From assembly GCF_018350175.1 (NCBI RefSeq), contig NC_058368.1:150972001-151036000 (forward strand): 64,000 nt of DNA, written 5' to 3'. This DNA is from Felis catus. Taxonomy: Eukaryota. This document shows, in pieces, positions 38,061 through 52,215 of the stretch. Made by a program: the position numbers and the translations under genes. The notes under the pieces are model-generated. The model made no database searches, had not been told where the DNA came from, and worked only from the letters and a program-made list of their open reading frames with translations. How positions within the stretch are numbered: position 1 is the first letter of the stretch; each line of letters opens with the position of its first letter.

Positions 38061-41000
38061 AAACCCCAGTCAAAAACCACCAAACACAGTGATGTGCTTC
38101 TCTTTGAACAAATATGGCTCTGAACTCCATATTTCCCTGAATAAAGTCAATTATCTTCACTTTTTAAAGTCCTACCCCCTGTGGTCTGGCAGTTGGCTGC
38201 AAAGCGGAAAGCCACATGCTCCCATCTCAAAGATGGTCATCACCTTTCAAAGGAAGTGTACTAACTCTCGCGGCCCTGATTGAGGGCAAACATTCTTTAG
38301 CAGCAAATATAACTATATACTTTTCATTTCCATTCACCATCTTTAGAGTTAATTCCACAATAAAGTCAAACGATTCCCAAAAGGGGTGAAATGGGTTCTC
38401 CAAGTAGATGAGTAGATGAGAATGGAGGTTCCTGCTGATTTCTGTACTAGGTTTAACTTGTGCTAAGAAACCGATGAACACATAAACAGGGAAACAAAGC
38501 CATCCGTTAAAATCTGGAGACACTGAAGAACCAGCTTACATGCCCCATCACTGTAGGACCTGTATAACTGTCTCGAAGCACTAACGTTAAAACAATCGGC
38601 CCAGTATTATAGATGTCTTTTTACTCATTAACTCCTAAAGGACACCTTGTCTCTGTTCCCCATCTCACTACCTCTCCACCAGAGCATCCATCCAAATGCA
38701 GCAATATATAGTATATGTTTTACTTACCCTAAATTATTAAGGGAAAGCTAAATCATAGCAAGACAGAGTGGAAAAAGGGTATCAATATTCTTAAGCCACA
38801 AGGGTATTTCCAGAGGTACAGATCCATAGAGAAAACTGGGTATAGAGGTATACACTGTTTTCATACATATTCTAGCCACATAAGAAAATAAAACCTTTGG
38901 CTCTATCTCCTCATTTCTAAAAATTGAAAATTCTTAAAATGCCAAACTGCCTTGAACTATGTATATGTAATCTATAAATAGGAAGAACTTCTATGAACGT
39001 GAAATGTTCTTATCCTTATCTCTTATTCTAGTGGTTTCTTAATTTTCATCAAAGACTACACAACATCAAATTAGAATTCACATTTTTCCAAATAAGAAAA
39101 TCATTTTAATTTAAAAATTAAACAGAATACTAGTAGAAATGTATTGTTTAAGAAGACTTAAAGGCCACTTTGAAAACATAATTCATTTTGAATGTAAATG
39201 TTTTTATCTCATTACTATGCACATTAATAGCAACTTCACTAGGGGGCTGATACTGGTGGACATATCCACTCACAGCTTGCAAGGATATTGCAGTTTTCCT
39301 GTAAAACTTTTTTACCTCCACCCAATTTCCACTTTTGTTGTTGTTTGGATTTTTCTGAATGACTGTGTTTTTATGTTATATCCTTTATAATTCTATTATT
39401 AAGTGACCTTTTATTGTTAATTTTCTAGTATAAAGTAGGGCAAGGAAAATCAGTTGGCTATATCCTTATATTTCCTTTTACAGGTGTCATTCTATTGGCC
39501 AATTTTTTTAAGTATTTCATGAAAAGATTCTAGATGTCAAAACCTGCAGTTAACGCTCCTGTTTAGAAATACACAAAATAATACCTTTGACGTTGGCAAC
39601 TCAGATGTATTATTCAGCAAAACAGCAATTACTCATTGTTTTGCACTTACATGTTAAGAACTATGCGACACTTGGTGACACAATAACAAAATTGCAAAGT
39701 CAATTATATTTAAAAGAGACAACCTAATAAAACATACGCAACCAACTCCTTTTACTCTTTTTGAACTGTTTTGCTTCTTTTTCTGACTGTTTACAGTTAA
39801 ATAGATTATGTGAATGTTAAATCTAAGTATAATAACTGATTCACACACATCATGAGAAAAGAAAAGTTAGAAAATGGGGAGGAGGTGTAACACAAAGGGA
39901 GGTGTATTCCTGAGGGTACCAGAATCCACCTAGGGAGGTGCCAGAGTGTTGTGTATTTTTGGAAATTTACATCTATGATGTTCTTTTGCAATGTCAATCA
40001 TAGTGGCAAACTCTGAAAGAGCAGTGTCTGCCAAAACTTAAAGCAAAATTTAGGTTAGATTCACAGTAATAATTCTAAGCAGAGCTAAAGCCAACAAAAC
40101 CTGAGTAAAGGCTCCTTATATCTAGGAAGGGAGGGTTTCAGGTGGGAGTAGTTGTTTGTTTTATTCTATTTTAATTGCACAAGAAGCAATTTTGTAACTT
40201 GAACTTCCCAGTAAGGAATTCCGCTTCTCAACCCAGCCTGCAGCCTGAATTGAAGTTCCCATCAGAAAATTAAAATGTTTGTCTGGATAAAATAACTTCT
40301 AAATGAACTCTCTATTTCTTTTCGTTTCTTTTTGTATTTTCTGCAATGTAGCCCCTCGCAATGATATTAGTTCTAGTGTGGGAAAATATTATAATTGAGA
40401 TCTGGTAAGTTATTTGCAGACTTCAAGTTTTTCTTTACACTGTGCTGACATTTAGTACAGCCCTGGTGAGGAAAACAATACTACCATTCATAGCTCTAGA
40501 CGTAGATTTCAATCGACTTAAGCGGGCACAATGAAACTTGGTCATTCACTGGTTACCCATATTGTGTTCTCAAATTTTCTCTCAGCAAAAGTATAATGAC
40601 TCAGTATTGTATGGTTGCATAGACAAGGGCTCGGAACAAGAGACACTAGTTTTGTCTGACGGTGTGAGAAAGTCGTGAAGGGATCTTTTCTTCCAGATGG
40701 TGTTAAATTCAGCTGCCTTTTTAACATTGGCCTTGCACAGCAATCTGCTGCTCCCCTTTCACAAAGACTGAGCTTGGTTCCCACTAGTTAACATGCATAC
40801 TCACGCAACCTGCAACTTCACTCCAACTGTTTTACAATGCAGTGGTATGCTAAATAAACTTGATCCGGTTTCTGCCAATGTTAAAACTAGCTTTCAAAGA
40901 ACTACTTAACTGATATTTACACTTCCTTTGACTTATATGTACATGCCTTTGGAATATTTCAGATTTCAAAGAAATATCACCTTATTATAAGGTCATTGTA

Positions 41001-41139
41001 GAGATTACCTTGGACATCCTTCAGACCCATGCTCAGATACAGTACCTCTCTTCAACACACACAAATAAAACAAAATGTCAGAAATTTGATGTGCAATAGA
41101 AAAAAGAAAAATTGGGACATGTTGCATCAAGAATAGTGG

Positions 41140-41188
41140 AACAGCAAAAAATAAAATGAAAATAATAACATTGAAATGTATTTTTATT
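41140..41188 (-). terminator. Polyadenylation signal of the miR-9-2 host transcript
   Basis: Minus-strand AATAAA (41183-41188) followed by CA and a U-rich downstream element TTATTATTTTCATTTTATTTTTTGCTGTT. Confidence 0.6.
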
Positions 41189-43010
41189 GATTGATAAGTC
41201 ATGTAACATTAGTATGGTACAAAGCAAGTTTGATATGACAATGGCAAACACATAATTATAATATTGTTTATTTTCCTTAGATGTTATATTTAACACATTT
41301 ACATAAAAGACCAAGATGTAAGCAAAAGCTTCAGTAATTTGACTCCATTGAGTGCTTTCAGTAAACAATAGGTTTCCCTAGCAAACATCTTATTGCCTTA
41401 ATTGAACCTCCTTGAGAAAGAAAACCACACACTTTGTAATGTAAATGTTAATTGTAGTAGACAATGGTTCTAGGTAAATAGCACCCCTGGACATGAAGTA
41501 AATGAAAGGAATACAGGCACTTAACAATGAAAGGTTGTTTGCACAAACAGTGCTTCAAATGTAAATAAACAAGGGTCTTCTCAACGGTCACTACTGTAGT
41601 AAAACTTTGGCACGTGTTCAGCAGCCATAATGAGAATTTACGTTAATAAAGTCTCTCAGAGTTTCTAACTGAAACTAACAGTAGTTTTACACGCTTTTCC
41701 AGTCTGAAGTCTTATAAGGTGCTGAAGCTACAAAGAAAAATGTAATGCTTTTCAAGAAAAACTGTATATATTTGGGATTTGGGATTGTCAGTAATCTAGG
41801 CCACATGGAAGATAACAGGCCATGTTAGGCATTTTCTTATTGCAATGTTTGTATTTACGTTTAATGCCCATACAAATGTTTGCTTGTTGACACGTGGAAC
41901 GATGTAAGAACTTTTATGAAAATATTACAGTGGGGACCTCCAAAGTCCCAAAGTTTCTGCTAAGTATAGTCATTTTTAGAGTAAATAAAAATGGCTGTTT
42001 AGAATGCATCTCACTGGAACTGTATCAAAACAACATTTTATCATATTATTGTAATTAACTTTCTATAGGCTGATGATTTTATAGTTTTACTTCCACTGTG
42101 TCTACTGGCATAATTAGGCCAAGTTCCTACATAGATCATGTCAAGGGGTAAACAGCCTGATGAAGCAATAATAATGTCTGTTATATAAAGTTGCATTTTT
42201 AAATATAATCCACCCCAAACAAGTCAAAAGGCAGTCACAAGGCCAAAAGTACAGACTGAGAATTTGACACGAAGGGCAGGCGGAAACTTTTTGGAACTGC
42301 TTTCTACTAGCTTTCCTTAAATATTGAAAATCTTAACTAAAGAAGAAACTTGAACTTAATTATGGCCAAATTAAACAGTGGTTACAGAATTAACAGAAAC
42401 AGACAGCATGTATGCAGCAGCTACAGACCAGTTGGTGCTACCATTTGGGAGGCTGCAGATGGCTGTGGGTGGGAAATGCCTCTACTTTCTTAAGCGATGG
42501 AGATGAGTATGGTGTGTGCGCTTGATGTTTTTTTCATACCCCCACCCCCCAACAGGGCTGTCTGTCATAGGCTGCCGGCCCGCTTTACCACTTGCCCCCG
42601 AGCGTGGGAATCGGAGCGTCCTGCCGTTCACATCTCCTGCATTCCGTTTATCGGAATCAATTAGGCAAGACAGACCCTCAGATTCCCCACCCCCTTTCCA
42701 TTTTTGTCAGGTCTATATACGTCCTAATTATTTCAGTTTGGGATGCCAGAGCTGTTTCCTGGATAGACCTGATCATCCTTAAACAAAAAGAGAGGAGGCG
42801 CACACGTGGGTTGTGGCGTAAATGTCACTTTCATTTCCAATGCTAGGCGCAGAGTAAGACAGAACATTTTTTTAACACTTTGACAAGAGGGGAGGCGATC
42901 TCGTCTCCATCATGTCTTTCTGCTTCAGTAGCTTCCTCAAGGAAACCCTCTTGGAACAGAGAAGCATCTGTCCTTGTATTTTGAATAGAAGAATAAAAAA
43001 TCAGCCTTTG

Positions 43011-43011
<1 letters not shown>

Positions 43012-43058
<47 letters not shown>
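43012..43058. repeat. (TG)n microsatellite in putative terminal exon
   Basis: Direct. Confidence 0.95.
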
Positions 43059-43061
<3 letters not shown>

Positions 43062-43592
43062 GCATTTTCTCTGCTAGCTGTATGTCCTCAGTAGTTACAA
43101 ATTATTAACCTTCCATTATAAACTTTTCTGAAAGTCTAATTTAATATAATTTGATATACAACCCCAGTACATGTAGTTTCCAAACACAGTCTTCAAATTT
43201 TTCAGGGGAGGGAGACCTCAGAAGTAAATAGCCTAAGTCTATGTATTATGAAATCATTCTTAAACTAGATACCAGACGTCTCTACAACAGCTTTCTAAGG
43301 GGCGGGGGGACCTCGTATAAACTTTGGCCTTAAAAACTATACATGCATCTTTACTGATTAGCACTATACAATTCTCCTCGGCAGCTGTAACAACACCTCT
43401 CAAAGTAGCTGGCACCTTTCTATTTTGGCATCTGTGTGTCACTTAATTTCTTCTAATCCCACCTCTAACATAAGGAAAAAGAACAAAAACAAAAACAAAA
43501 GCAAAGTTAGATTCAATAAGTATTCCTGACCTTTCTGGTTTTTACTGTCTCTTGGTTGTAGTCTTTCATTCTCACACGCTCCCCGGCGATCT

Positions 43593-43679
43593 TGAAGGAG
43601 TTTTTACTTTCGGTTATCTAGCTTTATGAAGACCAATACACTCATACAGCTAGATAACCAAAGATAACAACTCGCTTCC
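43593..43679 (-). ncRNA. MIR9-2: pre-miR-9-2 hairpin (miR-9-5p 43642-43664; miR-9-3p 43606-43627)
   Basis: Reverse complement GGAAGCGAGTTGTTATCTTTGGTTATCTAGCTGTATGAGTGTATTGGTCTTCATAAAGCTAGATAACCGAAAGTAAAAACTCCTTCA; the loop and flanks distinguish it from mir-9-1 and mir-9-3. Confidence 0.99.
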
Positions 43680-44517
43680 CTCACACGCCTCTGTCTTCCT
43701 CTGGCCAGATTCCAGATCCCGCTCTCTCTGGCAGTACCGAAGAGCAGTCCTCCAGGACACTTGCCGTGCACAAGATTCCTTCTTGTATGTGAATATGACC
43801 TGGTTTCTGTTTGTGTGTGCGGCTAAAACATCCAAACGAGATCTGTTGCTTTCAAAGTTTATTCCGAACTTTTTTTTTTCCTTTCAGCAAGTAATCTCCG
43901 GCAGCGTTAGCCAACAATTCATCTATTAATATCAGAAAATAAAACCAGCTATTAAGATGCAGCGGGCGGTTAGGAGTGTGCAGCAGCATCCGTCCCTCCA
44001 CAGGCCTCTATTTGCATTGTAAATTGCTTCATTCTCACGCAAGACTCTTTAGCCTCCCTCTATAGAGATGTATAAAGCCAACGGCAATTTCCAGCGCAGG
44101 TTAAGGAGGAAGGAAAAAAAAATATCCCATTCTATAGAAGAGGTGACAGCTGATTCAGGGATCTGCTCCTGATCCTTTTGGGTTAGGCACCATGAGCTTT
44201 TTACCAAGCGGTGGCAGCTTGATTGCACATATCTTGTGTGTGTGTGTTTTAGGGGGAAGATCCTCGATTTCACAGGGCTTCTAGGCTGGGGAAGAGAAGA
44301 TGCCGTCTTGCTGGTGTGCTGCTGCCCCCGGTCTGAAAGAAGGAGAAAAGGGCCATCATTGGAGGGGCTTTCACAGCCAAAACGTGGACCAGCCCGGCAA
44401 GGTCAAAGGTTCGAGACCGCGGGAGACCAAGGTAATGATGATGTCATGAGAAATCTCAAGTACATGGTTATTGATATGCATCAGTGATCAGCCAACTGCC
44501 CCACGCCTCCTGCCCGA

Positions 44518-44550
44518 GCAGCAGCAGCGGCAGCAGCAGCAGCGGCAGCA
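44518..44550. repeat. Interrupted (CAG/CTG)n repeat
   Basis: (CAG)3 CGG (CAG)4 CGG CAG. Confidence 0.9.
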
Positions 44551-47500
44551 TCGCTACAAGCCCTATTTTCTCAATCAACATCTCTTCCGCTAGCACTACC
44601 GACTGCTCCAGGAAAAGCAACCCGCGCGGCCTTTTACCTCTTCGGTGCTACTGTAGATCGCTCTAATATCCAAAGACTGGAAGAAATCTCTCTCTAAGGA
44701 CAGATAAAAGCATTTCAGATCTGGGGAACGTCTTTGCCTGCGTTTCTCTTCTGGCAGATTGCATGGGCAGGCAGATGGAAGGCACTTTGCTATTGCTTAA
44801 AGCAGGGCCTTGCTTTCTGGGGCTGGGAATCAGATCTGTATTACGCAGTGAGTCGATGTGTGATTACATTGACAATTTGCTCTGGTGGTGTGTTTTTAAT
44901 GGCTTCACAGCTCAGTCATGTTTTGTATCTATGTACCATGGCGATAGGGCAGCATATTTTGCTCTGTAAGTTCAAACGGAATGCTCTAAGCAGGCCGACT
45001 TCATCCTGTTTTGTTTGTTTGTTTGTTTGGTTTGTTTGTTTTAATGACTGTATAGGGTGTGTGCCTTAGAATCTGGCACAGGTAAGCACTGCAGCATTAG
45101 TTTCTACTGTTGTACACAACTCTGCTGTAATAAAAATGCTGAGCCTTTGTTTATAGTTTCAAACATCAATGTTCGTACAGAAGGACAAAATACACTAGTA
45201 TTCCTTATTAAATTATGAAAAAAGTATTGTTACCTCATGAAAAAGACAAAACACCTGGGTGGTAAGAGCATAACTCCACCCCTCCTTCCCCTTCCCCACC
45301 CCCACCTTTCTTCTATCTAGAGGGGACTATTGTTTTATTAATTAATTAGCCTCCTTCCTCTCTTAGGACTTTTCAAAGTGTAAATATGGTCACCTAAAAA
45401 AGCTCTTTTCTTCTCCTCCTTCGTAATGGGTAATCTATGTTTAATGCATCTATAATATGTACAGCTCTAAGAGTCAGATGCCCCACAACAGAATATCTAA
45501 GGTGCAGCCCACATAAGGTGCATAGCCACCCTGGGTGAACTTTACTGATTGTTTTCCAAAATTAGGAGTCCTGTTTGGTGGTGTTACTGTTCTTTAAAAT
45601 ATATGCTACAAGCGAATGTTATAAACCTTCATATTCATTTCACACATCACTAGTTTATCACAATACTCTCATTTCTTTAGGTTGACTATTTTCCCCAATG
45701 ACTAAGACACTTTCAGCATTAATATATACTCTTCCATTAATTCAGAAATTTATTCATGTTAAGACATGAGTGTGAATATGCTTACCAAATTACATACAGA
45801 GCACACATATATAAATCCAGAGAAAAGACTGACAAGTAAAGAAAACCAAAATTGCTAAGCCCCAATCTAGAGTTCAAACAATAATATTACACTAATTAAA
45901 GATACAATTTAGAAACATGGATGCCAATTTCCCTTAGATTTTTATTTACTTTTTTTTTTTGGTGAGCATTCATGTTCTTATTATCTAGAAAAGTCTAAGT
46001 TGGGGAAATAGTATATGTATCTTTCTTATCAGATCTTGGTACAAGAAGTATGATCAGAAATGGCTGCATTGGGTTACATATAAAATGTACATGCAAACCA
46101 CAAAGTAATTCAGAGAAACACACTCCCATAGAGTTACTGCTCCTTCTTGAACTACGAGGTCACAACATAAACTAATGGATAGAATTGAACACATCACTGA
46201 GGCACATGCCACTTTGACATTATGTAAAACCATAATGAGCTTTGCTGCCTTGGAAGATTGAGAGTATTTTGGCTTTGCTTTCCAAGACCTCGAAGCAGAA
46301 TCATTAGTGATTTGGCATGTACTACATAAAGCAAGCATATGATCAGATGAATTCAATTCTTTAAGTCAAAACCCTAAGGAATGCCAGATATTTTTAGAAT
46401 ATCTTTTTGCTTTACATATGTCTGGGTGGGGGGTGGTGAAAGTAGAGATGTGATACATGTATGTCTCTGTGTGTCAGTCCATATTTGTGTGAATTCACAA
46501 ATTAGTGTGGCTACATTTCCACATTTAAAAATTAAATGCATTTTTGAACCCAGTAACTATCATGAAAGCCAAGACACTGACCATTTGAAGTGCTTCTACA
46601 CTTAGAAGCTACAGAAAATACTGTCTTAAAATAGCATATTCTAAAGCAGTGCCACATAGTCATATCAGCTGACTCCAGGACTGGCCCCCATGCATGCCAC
46701 ATATACTGTAGATTCATTGTGAGAGCTCCAAAAAGTGAAAATGGCTAACATAATGATTATGGGCAGTGTGCTCATTAGCCATGTAGCCAATCAAATATTT
46801 TACCTCTCTATCCTCTTTCAAGGTATGGAGAAATAAAAGATATATAGCAAGGCTTAGTACTGAACACCTGATTATTTTGAATATTGCCAACGTCCATACC
46901 ATGGTTTATCATATACAGTTCAAGGACTCTATTATTACTTGGGATTTGAAACAGTTGAAACAATTGTGCTGATTCCCAGAAATGCCTGCCATGCATTGTT
47001 ATGAGCAACTATTAACACCTACATGTTTGTATTTCAGATATTTCTGTTTTTCAGAAAGCTATTCATCTGAGCTACAGAATACCCTTTTTGAAATCTGCAT
47101 ATTGAAGGATGTACTGAATTCAAATGGCTTGCTTGCTCATTCTCTAATAAATTCCCATTAATGGCCAGTAGATTAGGACATGATTGTCATGCTTGTTTTC
47201 TCATCTTTTTATAGGTCTCCAGATGGCTGAAACATGAATTGAAACATCCTGGTTTTCTTGGGAATAAACAATCTCTGCTTAAGTCAGAAGTGAAAAGTTA
47301 TGATTTTCCACATATTTGGATCAGACTCATGCTATTCCATAAATGCAAATAATCAGGTTTGCTACTAATATTTACAATACCTCTCTGAATCCTATTCAGA
47401 CTACTGCATGGTATATAAAAAATTGGCCTATTACTGAAATCCCTTTTTAACACTGAGTTTGTAGATTCTTATGTGTGTAAACCACAGTCCACTAATACAG

Positions 47501-49609
47501 TCAACACTACCATTTTCTACATAAAAGCCATTTAATTTACAGTGATTTGTATAGTTCAGGCAAGGTACTTGTCTGGCTTACTTTCTTAAAAAAGTGTCCT
47601 ATTATGTCTTCTGTATCCCGAATTTCATTTTTTATAGGCAGTTGCAGGTTATGTTTGCATTATCCTTGATATATAGTATACAAAGGCTACATACAGGGGA
47701 AAAAACTGCACATATGGAAACTTAGATTTTTCTGGAACTGTACCTATTGCATGAACTGGGACATATGCAATACACTACAGACCTACCACCCAGCAAATGA
47801 TATTCTATTTGGACTTTGTACGTCATTTTTATTTTACCAAATGTAAAAATTTAAATTACCTTTGGCTGGTTGTATTGTCTATTCATTTTATGCTTCTTTG
47901 TAGTCTCTTCTGAAAAACAGTCAAGAAAACAAATAATCACAGTTTTAATATATACATATATCTATACAATCATGTTTAGATTTGGCTTCATTTTAAAGTA
48001 TCACAATTACCATGATCCCTTTAAATGCCAAGAGATTCCAAAAAATCTCAGTACAATGTATGCTGGGCTTCAGCACCCACAGGGTTAAATATGCTAATTT
48101 GCATTTAAATGGAGACATGCATGATAATGGGAATGCAAAATATGCAGAATCTGGAGGGGTTTAGGAAATTAATTTTTTTCTTTCTTCTTTTCTTTTATTT
48201 TTAGCTTGGAAGAAGAGGGACTCTTAAAAAACATTAGGGATTTGAACACTATAACCTGCCATACAAAAGACGAAGGAGAGTTCTTCCATGTAAGAATTTC
48301 AAGACTGGAACAAAGTCATATTTTCTAAATGTTTAAGGAACTAGATTTCCAGGCCTTTCAAACAATGGGAATCCCTAGATAAATATCTAATCCATTAGAA
48401 AGATGCAAATAGTTTACTGTAAGGCCACTGCACGGTGAGATGTGCATTCATATCTATGGCTCCTGATTGGCTATTTCCTTCAGTAAATCAATGAATAATG
48501 TAAAACCTGATTGCTGTAAAGTGGTGGATTTTTTTATTCCCTTCCCCCATTCCTCCATGACTCAATATATTAAAGAAGTCTTACTCTCTCGAAAATAGGT
48601 TGCGTTTCTTTTATGATTTTTTTAATGCTTATTGTTATTTTGGAGTAGTGGGGTGGGGCTACTGGTTTTGCAAAATGAAAGTACTCCACTGGTTCAATTA
48701 TGCTGACTATGGGAGCTCCTTTCCCGAGACAGGGCCCTAATTACTTGTGGCAAGGTGGGGAAGAAGGGTGCTGGGAAGAGTTGGGCACCAGAAGAGGGAG
48801 GAAACTGGATCCGACCCTGCCATTCTGGGCCCAAGGCAGCCACGGCTCCAAAAGAGCCTCCGGCCATGGCCGTGACTTGACAGGGCCTCCGGTCTAACTT
48901 CTGATCAATACCACTGCTGCCCTGACCCCATAAGACAGTCCCCCATTCAAGCAGCGCCGATACATTTGCAAGAGAAAACGCCGCAGACACCTATGCAAAT
49001 ACAGTTCCCACCTCCCCGTGTTCCCTCAGACAATTCCAGGCCACCGAAGGAAGGTCTTGCCTTCCTCCGCGGGGTCTGGGCTCCAGGCAAACTGCAGGGA
49101 CCGGGATCCGCTCAGATACCAGAAGCATCTGAAGCTGAAATGCTCCAAGTCCCAATAACTAACCATGGTGGCTGTTATCTTGATGAATCTGAACTTAGGA
49201 TAACCCTGTAAAGCGGCCTCTCGGCTCCCAGAATTCAAAAGGCAAGAGAAAGAGAAAGTGGAAATCCATTAGGTCTAGTCAGCTAGTGTACATAAAGTTT
49301 ACACCAGAATCCAGTCAGAGCCTCACTTCGTTGCCAGGTGATTGGAACTTTGAGGTGGTTAAAAGATTTATTCAACAAAATGCAAATCCTGAATCCAGGA
49401 ACGCAAAATACGATTGTACTTAGCTCTAGGTTTATAAGAAAAAAGTCCCCCCACCAACAACACAAAATTACATACAAAATTCCTCTTTCCCATGTGAAAT
49501 TTTCCTGGCGTCTCTCTGCAACTGGGGGTCAGACCGCTGGATAATTAACAGTTCTGGCTCAGACAACTCAAGAGATCAACAGGTTTAGCATCCGAGACTC
49601 ACAATCAAT

Positions 49610-50200
49610 TAGCTGAAGCAAAGCCCCGGACTGGCCCGCGGAGCGACCCGCAGCGGGGCTCTGCGGTCACCGGCTGGAGGACGAGGTGAGGAGCGCGGGC
49701 GCGGGGCTGCAGCGGGCTGTTGGCCCTGTGCCGCCGACCGAGTTGCCGCCTGCGGGCCGCGACGGTACTCACTTGCTCTCCTCCCTGCGCGAGGCAGTGT
49801 TGCCCCCCAAATCCAGCTGAGCAGGAATCGAGGCGCTGGCCAGAAGACAAGATCCAGAGTCAGTCACACACAGGGCGGCCGCAGTGCAAAAGCATGCTCC
49901 TTTCGGCGTCTCAAAAAAAGAAAAAAAAATTTTTTTCAGATCATTCCTCTCCTTAGCACATTTAAAACTGCCGCTCAATTCCACACGGTGATTCTTGCTT
50001 GATTGCGTCTAAAATAGTTTAAACGGATCTTCCCTTCTTGGGAGAGAGAGAAGGACGCAAAAGACGAAGGAAGAAAAAAGCCAACTTTTCCCCCCCACTC
50101 CAGGCACTTGCTCCCTGAGCCTCGGAGTGGAGAGTGAAGTGGTGTGTGCGAGGCTCGGCAAGTTTTTGGGGGGGCTGTCCAAGGTCTAGTCCAGCCCCCT
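49610..50200. promoter_or_regulatory. CpG island with candidate minus-strand exon (~49773-49909)
   Basis: CpG-rich; donor CAA|GTGAGT; upstream polypyrimidine tract ending in GAG. Confidence 0.65.
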
Positions 50201-50918
50201 CTGCCGAGGAGGACGTGCTCTGAAACTCAACCAATTTCCCCACTGCTTTTGTTACTGATGAACTGAAGCCCTATTGTTCATCCATTGCCACGGTCTTTTT
50301 CAGTCCCCACACTACGTTCTGCGTTGCCAGAGATAATGAATTTGCACCCAAACCTCTCATAGTCCCCTCCTGACAGACGGAACAAATTAGAAATGTCTCG
50401 TCTGAAGGAGGGCAATGGCTACATTTTCCTATTGTAGGATGCAAAGCACACATTTCTTTGGAAACTTCTTTTGCCTTTTCTATCTTTTATTTTCTCCTCC
50501 CCCCCCCCCCCCAGTTTCTATTTTCCTCTTGATTTCTTTAGACTTTCTCTCCCTCTCTCTTTTTAAAGAATAGGCCTGTCTTGTTTTTCCAATGCACCAT
50601 TTTATGTAACTTGTGGATCTTTTCTACCTTCCTTCTTTCCTCTCCTTCTTTCTTTTTTTTAAGGACTCCCTTTGCAATTTTATTTACAAACTTGGAGAAT
50701 GACCTTTTGACTTGCGGACTTTAAAAAAAAAAAAAAGAAAGGTCTTTTGGTTCAAGTCCCCTTTCCTCACTCCTCCTTCTCTTTTTGTTGTGGTCGTCAA
50801 ATGTGTTTGGCTGAAGACAAGCAATACATTATAAGGATTTTTATTCTTTAAACTCCAGAGCTATTCAAAAGGTACCAGGGACGCGCCATAGGGGTTATCT
50901 ATTTGAGGGGGAAGAAAA

Positions 50919-50921
<3 letters not shown>

Positions 50922-50961
<40 letters not shown>
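50922..50961. repeat. (TG)n microsatellite
   Basis: Direct. Confidence 0.95.
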
Positions 50962-50962
<1 letters not shown>

Positions 50963-52166
50963 CCAGGAAAAGAGGCAAAGAGATGTGGGAGGGTGTGGGT
51001 GGGAGTGTGCAGGGAGAGAAGGGTGGGGGCAAAGTGGGCTTCCTGGAACACGAGCCGGGAGGCTGTCAGGGGTGTAGGCACGAGAGGGAGGGTGCAAGAA
51101 TCCGTCTCGCCGAGGGCGGCTTGCACCCCTGGGCCTGCTTGCGCTCCCAGCCGGCCGCAGCCTGGGCGCGGGTGTCTGCGCGCGCGGGCACTTGGTCCGA
51201 GCCTGCGCGCGTGCGACCGGGGGCGGAACGGGGGCTATAAAAATTCAGGCGAGTGGCCCGTATGTAAATGCGGCGGGGGGGGGGGCAGAAAGGAGGTGGT
51301 AATGAGAGCCGCCGGCGCAAAGACCCGCCGGCTGCCCCCAGCTTTCCCGCCAAGTGCAGCCGGAGGACAGACAGCCATGCGTGTCCTTGGCGGGAGGGCC
51401 CCCGCCCGCCGCGCGCGCCCGCCCCCCGCGCACACGCATACACTCTCCTCGAAGGCGTGGGGCCCGGTAGCCACGAGCGTGTCAGGAAAACAAAGCTAAG
51501 GTTGCGAGGTGAAACGAAGAAACGGCAGCTGTGGCGGCCAAGGGCAGGACTGGGAAGCCGACACCGCGTCCTCCGGCGCCCCTTCCTCGCCAGCCAGCGG
51601 CTCTGCCCTCAGCCCGGGGCTCCACACGGCCCCGGCCCAGAGGAGGCCGAAGATCGTTTCTTAGCTGCCTAGGAATGGGGAGCGAGCAGAAGCGGGGGCG
51701 GATGTGCACTGGGAGGTGCCAGTGGCTCCCGCCCGGTGCGCAGGCACGCACACGCCGGCGCGCGGTGCTGGGTGAGGGGCGGGGGTGGGGAGTAGTGTGA
51801 AGGCCTCCCTGCCGGCTAGCCGAGAGTCGCTACCTCCTCGCCGAGGCTGCTGAGCTCCAAGATAAAAACACACCAGGCTGAATCCAGCGAGGCAGCGCCC
51901 CGGGCTGCGACCACGGAACGGCTTACACCTCAAAAGCCCTCCTCCCACACAATGTAATAGGAAAGGCCTGGCTGTTCAGAGAGAGAGCCTTCTCTGACCA
52001 GCACACCCTGCCTCCCCAAATGGGTGAAACTCGAACTCCAGCCCAGGATCTCTGGCTGAGATGGCCCCGCAGATAAATCCCAGAGGCGGTCTCGGAGAAT
52101 CACCAATCTCTCTCTCATCTCGCTCGCAGCCCCTGCCTTGGTGCTCACCAGCCCAAGCACCCCTTT

Positions 52167-52169
<3 letters not shown>

Positions 52170-52205
<36 letters not shown>

Positions 52206-52215
52206 GCACGCACAC
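52170..52215. repeat. (CA)n microsatellite
   Basis: Direct. Confidence 0.95.
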
